Made by a program: the position numbers and the translations under genes
The notes under the pieces: generated by a model
Seen by the model: the letters and a program-made list of their open reading frames with translations, nothing else
Told to the model about the DNA's origin: nothing
The model's database searches: none
Shown here: positions 51,105 through 60,451 of the stretch, piece after piece
Numbering within the stretch: position 1 is the stretch's first letter
Layout of the letters: the number at the start of each line of letters is the position of its first letter
Source: Opitutales bacterium
Lineage (GTDB): Bacteria; Verrucomicrobiota; Verrucomicrobiia; Opitutales; UBA2995
Direction: 5' to 3'
Assembly (NCBI GenBank): GCA_965204545.1
Contig: CBDBFA010000002.1
Coordinates: 174,487-238,486, forward strand
Length of the DNA stretch: 64,000 bases

Positions 51105-52673
51105 TTACTCCTCCAATTGCACAAAGGGCCGCTCCGAGGCCCAACGGTTATACATTTCCACGTTTCTTTTGACCGCTGCGTGAGCTTGGGGATTTCGTTT
51201 GTTTCTGCCGATCTGGTATTCCATCTCCACAGCGTAAACTTCGGGAGATTCGGGACCGGGATCATCCGTATGCTTCATCCAGGATTTAAGGCGCTGTCGC
51301 ATGGACTTTAAAACCCCTTCGTAATCCGTGCGCCCGGCCAGATTCAATGTTTCGTAGGGGTCCGTCCGAACATCATAGAGTTCCTCGACCGGCCGACTTG
51401 GCGAAAACAGCAGTTTCTCTTGCAGATCAGTTAACTTTCTTTCTGCGTGCAATTCGCGCAAGCGAATCAATATGGGTTTTGAGTCCTTGTAATTGGTCGG
51501 TTGAAGGTGCGGACGATCCGGGAAAAAGTTGCGGATGTATTTATACCTGTTGGTGCGGACCGCACGCGTCATGTCCACGGTTTCCCCACACCGGTCTCTG
51601 GCCGCAAATACCGCTTCCTTGGGTCTGTAATCCTTGGCCAAAATGTCATCCCCCTGCATCCAATCGGGAACGGGCAGACCGGCCAGGGCCAAGGAAGTTG
51701 CGGCCAAGTCGATATGTTCCACCAGATCATCGCGAACGAGACCTCTTATAATTCCCGGTCCGCGGATTATCAAAGGTGTACGTATGCCCTCATCGTAAAC
51801 GAACTGCTTGCCGCGGGCATGGCTGATACCGTTATCGGCAAACAGAATGATGATCGTCTCATCGAGCAGGCCTTCAGTCTCCAGATTGTGGAGGATCTCA
51901 CCCACCAATTGATCCGTATAACGGACCGTATCCAGGTACTGGGCCCAATCGTCCAGGATGATGGGATCTCTGGGGTAATAAGGCGGAAGCTTTACTTTCC
52001 CGGCATCGACCACTGATCCGAGAAGCCTTTTGGCTCCTCCATTCCCCCAGGATTCCGGATGTCGATGCTTGCCCCCCAATAGTTGAAGCTGAGCGAAGAA
52101 GGGTTGATCAACGCCCCTTGCAAAGTAATAGGGCGCGTCATACATCGATTCATCCCATTGGAAATTGTAATCCGTTTTACCCAGGCCTTTACTCCTTTTG
52201 GGATAGTTTCCATTGGCGGTGTAATAACCCGCTTCCTGAAACAGATGGGGGATGGGAATTACCCTTTCCTGAAGGTGAATTTTTCTTTTTCCGCGTCCGC
52301 TTTGGTGGTTATGGGCGCCAATAGTGGTTTGATACATTCCCGTAATCAGGGAGGACCGAGCCGTGGAACAAACCGGGGAGGTCAAAAAGGCGTTGGTAAA
52401 GCGAATACCTTCTCTGGCCAGGCGATCGATATTGGGGGTTTCAATGACCTTCTCTCCATAGCAGGAAAACTCGCAGCCCATGTCATCGATTACCACCCAA
52501 AGGATATTGGGCCGACTTCTCTCGGTGCGGCCTTGTTGTCCGGTGAACGAGGACAGGGCGTCTTGCCCGAAAAGCTGTCCTGAAAAAAGGCACAGGGCAA
52601 ATAGTAAAGGCTGAATAGAATAGGAAACCACAAAAGGCACAAAAAACACAAAAAGGAGACTCTCGCCAAGCAC
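51105..52673 (-). CDS. sulfatase (S1 family) with CSTAR active-site segment
   Basis: ILWVVIDDMGCEFSCYGE, SPVCSTARSSLITG. The first 15 codons or so are translated repeat DNA, so the true start may be the GTG near VVSYSIQPLL. Confidence 0.8.
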   Translation of the reverse strand: MLGESLLFVFFVPFVVSYSIQPLLFALCLFSGQLFGQDALSSFTGQQGRTERSRPNILWVVIDDMGCEFSCYGEKVIETPNIDRLAREGIRFTNAFLTSPVCSTARSSLITGMYQTTIGAHNHQSGRGKRKIHLQERVIPIPHLFQEAGYYTANGNYPKRSKGLGKTDYNFQWDESMYDAPYYFARGVDQPFFAQLQLLGGKHRHPESWGNGGAKRLLGSVVDAGKVKLPPYYPRDPIILDDWAQYLDTVRYTDQLVGEILHNLETEGLLDETIIILFADNGISHARGKQFVYDEGIRTPLIIRGPGIIRGLVRDDLVEHIDLAATSLALAGLPVPDWMQGDDILAKDYRPKEAVFAARDRCGETVDMTRAVRTNRYKYIRNFFPDRPHLQPTNYKDSKPILIRLRELHAERKLTDLQEKLLFSPSRPVEELYDVRTDPYETLNLAGRTDYEGVLKSMRQRLKSWMKHTDDPGPESPEVYAVEMEYQIGRNKRNPQAHAAVKRNVEMYNRWASERPFVQLEE

Positions 52674-52926
52674 GCAAAGACCGCAAAGGAGGAAAAAAAG
52701 AAGAGAGAAACACAGATTTCACAAATTAACGCAGATAAGGCGCTTCGCACGGTCGCCATACTGTTCATCCATGTTAGTTTAACTTCTTTGCGAGCTTGGC
52801 GTGCTTGGCGAGAGGTATTCTGTGTTAATCTGCGAAATCTGCGGTTAAAAGTCGATCAAGATCACGATCAAGATTAATGAACCTCTGTGCTCTCTGTGGT
52901 TAATTCTTGGCATGCTTAGCGAGAGT
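52660..52926. repeat. intergenic mosaic of about 9-bp stutter modules
   Basis: CGCCAAGCA-CGCAAAGAC-CGCAAAGGA, CACAGATTT-CACAAATTA-ACGCAGATA, CATACTGTT-CATCCATGT, inverted copies CTTTGCGAGCTTGGCGTGCTTGGCG and AATCTGCGAAATCTGCGG, GATCAAGATCACGATCAAGAT, CTCTGTGCTCTCTGTGGT. Confidence 0.7.
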
Positions 52927-53910
52927 CTACCATTCCGTTCGGAAGACATCCACCCCGTCATAGAACTTGAGAAGCTCCGCCATCCGGTCTTCATCGAGGA
53001 TCAGGGCGAGGGTAGCCAAGCCGTCCGCCAAGGCGCAACTGGAAGCCAGCACGGTGGCGCTGGCAATGTCTGCCTTAACGGGCCGACCCGTTTTTGCATT
53101 TAAAATATGGGAGTAGCGTTGCCCCCCGGAAATAAAGGTTTTTTGCGAATGGCCGCTGGTGGCCAAACTGCGATCTTTCAGTTCTAATACCATGGCCAAG
53201 TCCTTTTCTCGGCCCTTTGAATCCGGGCGAATGACGCCAACCGTCCAGGGAACTCCATCCTTGTGGGATCCTCTGGCGGCAATTTCGCCGCCCAAGTTAA
53301 TGATAAAATTATCAATACCCCGATTCCGCAACAGCTCGGAAATCAAATCGACCGCATAACCCTTGGCCACGGCGGAGCAATTGATTTGGAGATCTGCCTG
53401 TCGCTTCATTATGGAACGCCTTTCCGAACTGAAAACAAGCTTATCGAATCCGACCTCCTTTAAAGATTCATCTATGGCAGCCTGTTCGGGCACGGTAGTG
53501 CCGGGTTTGGTCCCGAATCCCCAAAGTTCGATCAGTGGAGACAGGGTTGGGTCGAGCATTCCTCCCGATCGTTCGAACAGCTCGAGGCACAGGTTCAAGA
53601 CCTCAAAGGCATAGTCGGGAACCGGGATGACCTCATCGGCCGGAGCCGCGTTGAAAAGATTGACCCAACTGTCCTTGCGCCAATTGGAAAGCTGCTGTTC
53701 GAACGCGTCCAGTAAATCCTCAATTTCTTTCCTCAAATTCCGGACGGGAACCTTTTCCTCACTCCGGAATTCAATCGTATAGAAAGTCCCCATGGCATCG
53801 CCCTTTAAATACCCCGCCTCGGGCCGAGGGCCGCAAGCGACGACCAGAAAAAAAAAGGAGAACCCGAGGAGAAGGTTAAAGCCTTTCGATTCGCACCAGA
53901 ATTTTTTCAA
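52927..53910 (-). CDS. apbE: FAD:protein FMN transferase (ApbE family), probable lipoprotein
   Basis: GDAMGTFYTIEF, NCSAVAKGYAVD, LATSGHS. The track ORF extends to 53994. I prefer the TTG at 53910 (preceded by AGGTGA), which gives MKKFWCESKGFNLLLGFSFFFLVVACG. Confidence 0.8.
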   Translation of the reverse strand: MKKFWCESKGFNLLLGFSFFFLVVACGPRPEAGYLKGDAMGTFYTIEFRSEEKVPVRNLRKEIEDLLDAFEQQLSNWRKDSWVNLFNAAPADEVIPVPDYAFEVLNLCLELFERSGGMLDPTLSPLIELWGFGTKPGTTVPEQAAIDESLKEVGFDKLVFSSERRSIMKRQADLQINCSAVAKGYAVDLISELLRNRGIDNFIINLGGEIAARGSHKDGVPWTVGVIRPDSKGREKDLAMVLELKDRSLATSGHSQKTFISGGQRYSHILNAKTGRPVKADIASATVLASSCALADGLATLALILDEDRMAELLKFYDGVDVFRTEW

Positions 53911-54919
53911 TGAGTTCACCTGCCGTGGTAAGGTGACTTGAGTCGTAGAAGATATTGCCGCTTTGCTGGCTGCTGCTTCCCCCATGGCCGACAAATTCCA
54001 TCAGATAATATTTCTTGGGTTCGGTCGGATCGATGTAGGCGCTGTAATAGACGGAAGGCTGCCCCACCCCAGGAAAGGTGTAGCCTTCATTGGCCTCCGG
54101 TTGGTCCGTATGGTAGAAATCGTTCGGATCGTTGGGGGCATTTACTTCCACGCTCAGGTAGAAGCCTTCCGGATCTTCATCGATATACCGTTCAATGGAA
54201 AAACTATGCTCGGGAGTGGCGCCTGAAAACGTGTCGATATCCCCATCCGGCGCTACCCCGGAGGCCAAGGTAAACTGATGTCGCCAAATGGGCAGTATGT
54301 CCACCCTTCGCCTCTCATTGCCGGCCCACTCGATGGATTCGGTAAAAGCGCTTTTTTCAGAAACGAAAAATGTCTCAATGAGGGAACCCACGGACGATTC
54401 CGCCCAAACGGCAATTTGGGGGCGGGATCCCGTGAAGGGCGCAGGGAATTCGGCCACGGGATCGAAAGCGGGGCCCCATTCGATTTCCACAAAGACCGAG
54501 GCTTCCCCGGAAGACTGACGCTTCACCTGCATACCTCCGTCGAAAGTGCGAGTGGCGGCGCCATCCTCGGGACGAAATATGATCCTGCTGTTTTTGACTT
54601 CGTGTCCAAGGGAGAGCAACTGTGGAACCGGCCACCAGTCGAGAAGACTGGCTGATAGTAAAAAGGTACAGGCAAGAACGGGAACCAGGATCAGGCGGTG
54701 AGGCTGGCTAGCCGCACTTGTCTTTCGGGGCCTTAACCTCCGGGAAAAATAGGAAAGTCGCGAGGAAAGGTGAAGGGCAACGAGCAACAAGACCAACCAT
54801 CCAAACACGATATGAACCTGGGTTGTGGCCAGGCTGAACGGCTCAAAGAAACGCAGTAATCCACTGGTAACAAGAACGCCAAAAGCGAAAAACAAAGCAA
54901 AGTTAACGTAATGCTTCAT
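53876..54919 (-). CDS. membrane protein: DUF4405-like N-terminal helices fused to a DUF2271-like domain with a DxxSGAT flavinylation motif
   Basis: 347 aa. Three hydrophobic helices (HIVFGWLVLLLVALHLSS), then QIAVWAESS... and DTFSGAT at aa 229-235 (nt 54215-54235). Confidence 0.6.
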   Translation of the reverse strand: MKHYVNFALFFAFGVLVTSGLLRFFEPFSLATTQVHIVFGWLVLLLVALHLSSRLSYFSRRLRPRKTSAASQPHRLILVPVLACTFLLSASLLDWWPVPQLLSLGHEVKNSRIIFRPEDGAATRTFDGGMQVKRQSSGEASVFVEIEWGPAFDPVAEFPAPFTGSRPQIAVWAESSVGSLIETFFVSEKSAFTESIEWAGNERRRVDILPIWRHQFTLASGVAPDGDIDTFSGATPEHSFSIERYIDEDPEGFYLSVEVNAPNDPNDFYHTDQPEANEGYTFPGVGQPSVYYSAYIDPTEPKKYYLMEFVGHGGSSSQQSGNIFYDSSHLTTAGELIEKILVRIERL

Positions 54920-55179
54920 TCTGCAGGGCTAGTGTGGCATCCCTTTAATAAATAACCACAGAGCACACAGAGAACACAGAGGGGCAAGAGCGCCAAAGGC
55001 TGAAGGCTGAATATTGGGAAGGCCGTATTTTCGAAGAATTTGGGGACAGGAATGTCCCCGCTCCTTTCGCCATCGCCACTCTTCACTCTCCACTCTCCAC
55101 TCTCCACTAACCCGAGAAGGCATGACTTTCCCACGGCATGATCCCGACGGAAGTGTGAGGAAATTTCTGAGACATGACA

Positions 55180-57054
55180 CTAGGATGGTTCAGCCAAAGT
55201 AGACCCATCGCGATCGACCAAGGCATTCTTCTCACCTTCATAACCACACAGCCTGCGCAGTTCTACGATGTGCTGCTTGCCTACCTGCCTGGGGTCGGCC
55301 TTGTACTTTATGCAAAGGGAAGCTGCAAAGCCGGTGGCCACACCCATTTGCCCGCAGGTATTCATCACACGAGGACCACCCAGCCCGATATGGGAGCAAC
55401 TGAAGCAGCGGCCCGCCATTTGCAGATTGGGAACATCCTTCGAATAGAGTGACCGATAGGGAATGTAGTAGTAGGTATGCTTTATCCTCTGGAATAAGGC
55501 CTCAGATAGAAAGTCTACCGGCAAGCCCAGCAATTTTTCCTGGTAATGCACGTCGATCTTGCGCTTTTCCGTGACCACCGCGTCGAAAAATTGCACCGAA
55601 TCCCTGGCATCCACCCCGGTATAGATGTGATCCCCCATTATCCTGCGGGACTCGCGCTTTCCCACCAGGAATGAAATCCAGTCCAGTTCCAAATTCGCAT
55701 TCTCCCGCCTCTTTATGGCATTGGCATAGGAACCATAGATAGCCCGGAACATATGGTCGCGGATCGTTTCCGCATCGTGGATTTGGTGAAGATCGTTGTG
55801 GGAATACTCCCATTGCCACTCCCCGGCTGTGGCCACGTGGTTTTTCGCAACCGGTTTAGCCCAGGGAACAGCAGGAAATTTTACCCGTTGGTTCCTTTCA
55901 CCGGTATACCACATGACGCTAGAACCCATTACGCGGTTATCAGGCTTTTCCGGTGACCAGAGTTCCCCGTGCTCTTGCCACTCTTCCCCGAACTCATGTT
56001 TGGATTCTCGACCATAACGGTATTGGCAACCCGCCATGTAACCCAGCCATCCATCCCCCGTGCTATCCAGGAACTGGGTGCCGGTAAATCGTTTGAAAGT
56101 CCCATTGGCCGTTTCCACCGCCTTGACGGCATGAATCCGGCCATCCTTCATTTCACAGGACATCATGATATGACTAAGAAAAATATCGACGTTGCTCAAA
56201 GCCTTCATGTTGGCCATACGCTTTTTGTCCGCTTCCAGCGCCAGCGGATCCGAATTGGGATAATGAGGGGTATCAATCAGATCGAGGATAGCGCTTGCCC
56301 GTCCGTGAATACCCTCCGTATGCACGCGAATCTCTCCGCTGGCATTGCCACCCAAGACGGGCCGATTTTGAATGAGGGCAACTTTCAGCCCCTGGGAATC
56401 CGCCGCGATGGCTGCAGCACAGCCGGCGATACCTCCACCGACGATGACGAGATCATAGTGCCCCTGATCGACTGCGGAGGATGGCAAACCGACTTTTTCA
56501 CGTCTCCACTTTGGCAACACATTCTTATCGATGGGGGGAATGTCGTCGGCATCCCGGGAAAAATAGATGGCAGAACAACGTCCCTCGAATCCCGTGAGAT
56601 CTTTCAGATCTACCGTAGTTGAAAGTTGGCCTTCCGGTATATCCATCGAACCACCGGGCTGCCAGCCCCATTCGGCCTTCGTTCCAAAGGTTTCCGGCAA
56701 AGGCTCGCCGCCCACCAACACCTGAAACTGTCCCGGCGAATCCCAATCCCCGGGACACCAATCCTTGGTCAGCGCCCAGACATGGTAGGTTCCAGCCGAT
56801 GGAAACTGAATCCTGCCGCTGGCGTTGTCCACCGGCTTCCCCAAGCCATGGGCCAGCAGGTAACTGAAGCCAAGGTGCAGCTCAAACTGGTTGTCAAGCA
56901 TCCAACCGCCCAAGTTCTTGAAGTGGGCCGTTTCCACCAGAACCGACTTGCCGTCTCCGGATTTGGCCGTCTTTCCAAATAGAGGGTGCGAAGCTAATAG
57001 AGCAGCCGAAGCCACACTCATCCTGTGGATAAATTCCCTGCGTGTTTGGCTCAT
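55180..57054 (-). CDS. Tat-exported FAD-dependent oxidoreductase (FAD_oxidored/PF12831-like) with N-terminal beta-sandwich region
   Basis: MSQTRREFIHRMSVASAALLA twin-arginine leader. YDLVIVGGGIAGCAAAIAA...NRPVLGGNASGE dinucleotide-binding motif at about aa 200. Confidence 0.75.
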   Translation of the reverse strand: MSQTRREFIHRMSVASAALLASHPLFGKTAKSGDGKSVLVETAHFKNLGGWMLDNQFELHLGFSYLLAHGLGKPVDNASGRIQFPSAGTYHVWALTKDWCPGDWDSPGQFQVLVGGEPLPETFGTKAEWGWQPGGSMDIPEGQLSTTVDLKDLTGFEGRCSAIYFSRDADDIPPIDKNVLPKWRREKVGLPSSAVDQGHYDLVIVGGGIAGCAAAIAADSQGLKVALIQNRPVLGGNASGEIRVHTEGIHGRASAILDLIDTPHYPNSDPLALEADKKRMANMKALSNVDIFLSHIMMSCEMKDGRIHAVKAVETANGTFKRFTGTQFLDSTGDGWLGYMAGCQYRYGRESKHEFGEEWQEHGELWSPEKPDNRVMGSSVMWYTGERNQRVKFPAVPWAKPVAKNHVATAGEWQWEYSHNDLHQIHDAETIRDHMFRAIYGSYANAIKRRENANLELDWISFLVGKRESRRIMGDHIYTGVDARDSVQFFDAVVTEKRKIDVHYQEKLLGLPVDFLSEALFQRIKHTYYYIPYRSLYSKDVPNLQMAGRCFSCSHIGLGGPRVMNTCGQMGVATGFAASLCIKYKADPRQVGKQHIVELRRLCGYEGEKNALVDRDGSTLAEPS

Positions 57055-57491
57055 ATTTCTATCCTCTGCTTTGGTGAGATTTTCCGGAAAATCGAGGGGT
57101 TCAAACAGAAATCCATCTCCTTCATTTCAAATTGTAATTTGATGAAATAGGCCAAACAAAACCAGGTTCCAATATTTTTTTGGTCAACCGTTGCCCTGAG
57201 CGCCGTTAGGGCCAAGAAAGAAGAGGAACCACAAGAGGCGCAAAAAAATTTTTTGGGTTTACCACAGATTTCGCAGATGAGCGATGCTTGAGGGAAAAAC
57301 TGTAGGAGGGGCTTTACGCCCCGATCAGAATCCAGCCTTGAAAACCCAGAATTTGCCTCTCGCAACTTGTCACGCCGTAATCCATGAAGGCGGAAGATCG
57401 CTAAGAAGGGCTCCTCCGGCGCCCACTGAACTCTGATAACTGAACTCTGGCGCGAAGCGCCCAACTCTGTGCTCTCTGTGTCCTCTGTGGT

Positions 57492-59225
57492 TTATTCCTG
57501 ATTGGCCCTGGCGTCGGCCCTTCGCAAAAACATGGCCATGCCTCCGGCGATAGCCAACAAAACGATGGCAAGGGTGATCAGAATGCCGGCCTCTTCGCGA
57601 TTAATCACGGCCAAGACCCCCATTACAATGGCCAGCATGGCCAGACATATGGCGACCATTTTGCCGGGCAAAGTAGAAGATTTCAGGGCAGGCAATTCGG
57701 CGAAGGCCTTCCTGGTTTCCATGACCCGCTGCCATCCCTTATGTTCGTGCTTTTCGAAAAGCTCGAGGAATACCAGGATAATGAACGGAAAAATGAGGCC
57801 TGCCGTGAGGTCCACGATGCGGGAATGGGCGGCAATCCACTCAACCAATGGTCGGAGCAGGACGACTTCAGTAAGGAATCCATCCCTGGAAATCGAGAGG
57901 CCGAATTTGATGATGTAAGCGGCGACAAAACCGATCAGGACGGTGCTCCACACTGCCTTCAATCCGATTTTGCGGGAAAACAAACCCCAGATCGTCGGCA
58001 TCAGCATGGGTCCGTACAACAGCGTGTTGATGTCTATGATGAAATTCGTGTACCCGTACCTGGGAATGAGCAATGCCCCCGCCATGACAACGCAGCCAAG
58101 AATCACCGTCATAACCCGGCCGACAAACACCAGTTGTTTTTCAGATGCCGCCGTGTTCATTACTCGGTGATACACTTCCGTGGTAAAGGCGCCGGCGAAT
58201 ACGTTGAGACGGGTCGTAGCCATACTGGCCGTGGCCGAAGCCATGGCGGCCACCATCAGACCCATCATCCCGGCCGGTAAGACCAATTGGCAGGCCAGGA
58301 TGTAGGCCTGCTCCGTATCCACATTCGGATTCAAGACCCGGAACACCAGGGGTGGAAGCATCCAGAATACCGGGCATACCAGGTACATCGCTCCGAACAG
58401 GTAGGCGGACTTCTTGGCATCTCTTACCGTCGGCACACAGAGATAGCGCTGCACGAAGGTCCACTCCGCCCCAATGACGCAGAAGTTTACCGTCATCCAA
58501 CCCACAATAAACCACCACGAAAAATCCGCCGCCACCGGGGCGGTAAATCCCTCCGGCGCTTGGGCCAGAAATGAACTCCATCCGCCAACCTCGATCAAGA
58601 TCAACGGTACGACAAAAACCACCGAGACCGTGAGAATGATGAATTGCAATACGTCGGTCATCAATACCGCCCAAAGTCCTCCCACAAAGGTAATGAGGAT
58701 GACGATGACACATAAAGCCACGGAGGTTAAGGCAACGGAAAGGTGTCCCGTGGCCGGATCGACCAGAAGATGGCCATCGGGCAACGGGATCAAAGCGCAG
58801 ACGATCTTGGAAAGGGCGTAGACCGCCCCACCCATGGTAAAGAGACCTACCGTCCCCTTGAACCAAGTGTAAAATTGTACGATGGAACCGCCAAAACGCA
58901 GATGAAGGAATTCTGAAGCGGAATCGACGCCGAGCTTTCGCCAAAGACCGGCAATAAACCACCCGACGAGCATTGCCGCTACCCCGTAGGCCAGATTGAT
59001 GAAAATGGCTACTACCCCGAATTTATAGGCGATACCTCCCCAAACTACGAAGGTGCCGGCCGAGAACATGGTCATGAACCCGGAGAGACCCGATACCCAC
59101 CAGGGCGATTGGCCCCCCGCCGAAAACATCTCCTTGGAGTTCTTCATCCGGCCGACAAACACCATTCCAGCCCCAACGATACCGAGGATATACAGAACGA
59201 TGACGATGTAATCTACGCCTTGCAT
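57492..59225 (-). CDS. sodium:solute symporter (SSS family)
   Basis: 577 aa, polytopic. EMFSAGGQSPWWVSG near the N-terminus. Confidence 0.8.
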   Translation of the reverse strand: MQGVDYIVIVLYILGIVGAGMVFVGRMKNSKEMFSAGGQSPWWVSGLSGFMTMFSAGTFVVWGGIAYKFGVVAIFINLAYGVAAMLVGWFIAGLWRKLGVDSASEFLHLRFGGSIVQFYTWFKGTVGLFTMGGAVYALSKIVCALIPLPDGHLLVDPATGHLSVALTSVALCVIVILITFVGGLWAVLMTDVLQFIILTVSVVFVVPLILIEVGGWSSFLAQAPEGFTAPVAADFSWWFIVGWMTVNFCVIGAEWTFVQRYLCVPTVRDAKKSAYLFGAMYLVCPVFWMLPPLVFRVLNPNVDTEQAYILACQLVLPAGMMGLMVAAMASATASMATTRLNVFAGAFTTEVYHRVMNTAASEKQLVFVGRVMTVILGCVVMAGALLIPRYGYTNFIIDINTLLYGPMLMPTIWGLFSRKIGLKAVWSTVLIGFVAAYIIKFGLSISRDGFLTEVVLLRPLVEWIAAHSRIVDLTAGLIFPFIILVFLELFEKHEHKGWQRVMETRKAFAELPALKSSTLPGKMVAICLAMLAIVMGVLAVINREEAGILITLAIVLLAIAGGMAMFLRRADARANQE

Positions 59226-59281
59226 GTCATTGCTTCCTCAACTCCTTGGATTGGACTGCACATATCGGCCAAATTCCGGAT

Positions 59282-60451
59282 TCATCCGATTTTCTCCATC
59301 TGAGAAATAGTCGTTTCGGTGGGTTCGACTCCAATTCCAGGACCGTCCGCAACACGATACACACCTTTCCGACATGCAATACCCCGGGTAATCAATCCGG
59401 TGTTTCGATTGAATATGGAAGGTTGATATTCATGCCCGATGACCCCCTCGAGAGCCAAACTGGCCTGAAGACTGGCCGCCAGAAATATGCCTGCGCCAAT
59501 GGTGGCATGGGGAATTATCGCTATACCCTGGGCATGAGCTGCTTGGCAGATGCGCACAAATTCGGTTATGCCGGTATGCCCCATTTCCGGTTGGACGATC
59601 TGCAAGGCATCGGCATCGAAACGAAGCTGAGCTTCGTAAAGGGTGCGCCACTCCTCTCCCGCCCCAACCGGAGTCCTAACGGATTGGGCCACCTTGGCCA
59701 ACCCCTTGATGTCTTCCGGTTTGACGGGAGCCTCGGCAAACCACAATCCGTGTTCCTCCATTGCCTTGATCTCGGCGATCGCGCCTTCAGGGGTAAATGC
59801 CCAATGCAGGTCACAGGCGATCCCGGCATCCGGCCCCAATGCCGTTCGCAGCGCGGAAACTTCCTCAACATTCCCGTCGTCTGCCACCGCCCCGGCAATC
59901 TTGAAGGTGTTGAAACCCTCCTTCTGCCATCCCCTGGCGTATTCCACCCGCTCCTCCAGGGTTGGCTTTGGCAACCCGGATACGTAGCAGGGTAAAGTTT
60001 TGCGCAAACGGCCCCCCAATTGCTCGGCCAGGGATCTACCAGCTTCCCGGGCAGAAACATCCCAAAGAGCCATATCCACCGCGGCCAAGGCATCCAGATA
60101 AAATCCACCCGAATAGCCGCGTACCCGCATCAAATCATACAAATCGTCATGGATCTCAGAGGCCTGGGACGGATAGCGATCTACCACAAAATCGACCAGG
60201 AGGTCGTTGATGATTTCAGTGGTGGCACGGGGAGCCGCCAATCCGTAGGTTTCACCCCAACCCACCGCACCTGAATCGGTTTCCACCCGCACCAGAACCG
60301 TTCGGTCCCTGTCCAGATACACCGTCTTGTTTCCCTTGCGAACAAAGTAGCCCTTGTCATTGACCTCTTCTCCGCTTCGCAAGGCTCCCAGATAGGGTTC
60401 GTCCCGTGTAACGGTCAGAATGAAGGCCTCGACTTTGGCCACGCGGCTCAT
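59282..60451 (-). CDS. enolase-superfamily (mandelate racemase/muconate lactonizing) acid-sugar dehydratase-like enzyme
   Basis: 389 aa. GWGETYG, ALWDV, metal-ligand contexts ACDLHW / FAEAP / GEEW. Confidence 0.75.
   Translation of the reverse strand: MSRVAKVEAFILTVTRDEPYLGALRSGEEVNDKGYFVRKGNKTVYLDRDRTVLVRVETDSGAVGWGETYGLAAPRATTEIINDLLVDFVVDRYPSQASEIHDDLYDLMRVRGYSGGFYLDALAAVDMALWDVSAREAGRSLAEQLGGRLRKTLPCYVSGLPKPTLEERVEYARGWQKEGFNTFKIAGAVADDGNVEEVSALRTALGPDAGIACDLHWAFTPEGAIAEIKAMEEHGLWFAEAPVKPEDIKGLAKVAQSVRTPVGAGEEWRTLYEAQLRFDADALQIVQPEMGHTGITEFVRICQAAHAQGIAIIPHATIGAGIFLAASLQASLALEGVIGHEYQPSIFNRNTGLITRGIACRKGVYRVADGPGIGVEPTETTISQMEKIG

Noticed and set aside
52660-52926. A CRISPR array as the explanation for the short tandem repeats in intergenic regions
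   Set aside because: The units are only about 9 bp with 2-3 copies. There are no unique spacers of 25-40 bp, and no cas genes or leader in the window.
57051-57464. The 137-aa ORF filling the spacer between the FAD oxidoreductase and the SSS gene
   Set aside because: The region is composed of the repeat modules (CACAGATTTCGCAGAT, TGTAGGAGGGG hairpin, CTGAACTCTG stutter, CTCTGTG array). The ORF has no motifs and is most likely translated repeat DNA.
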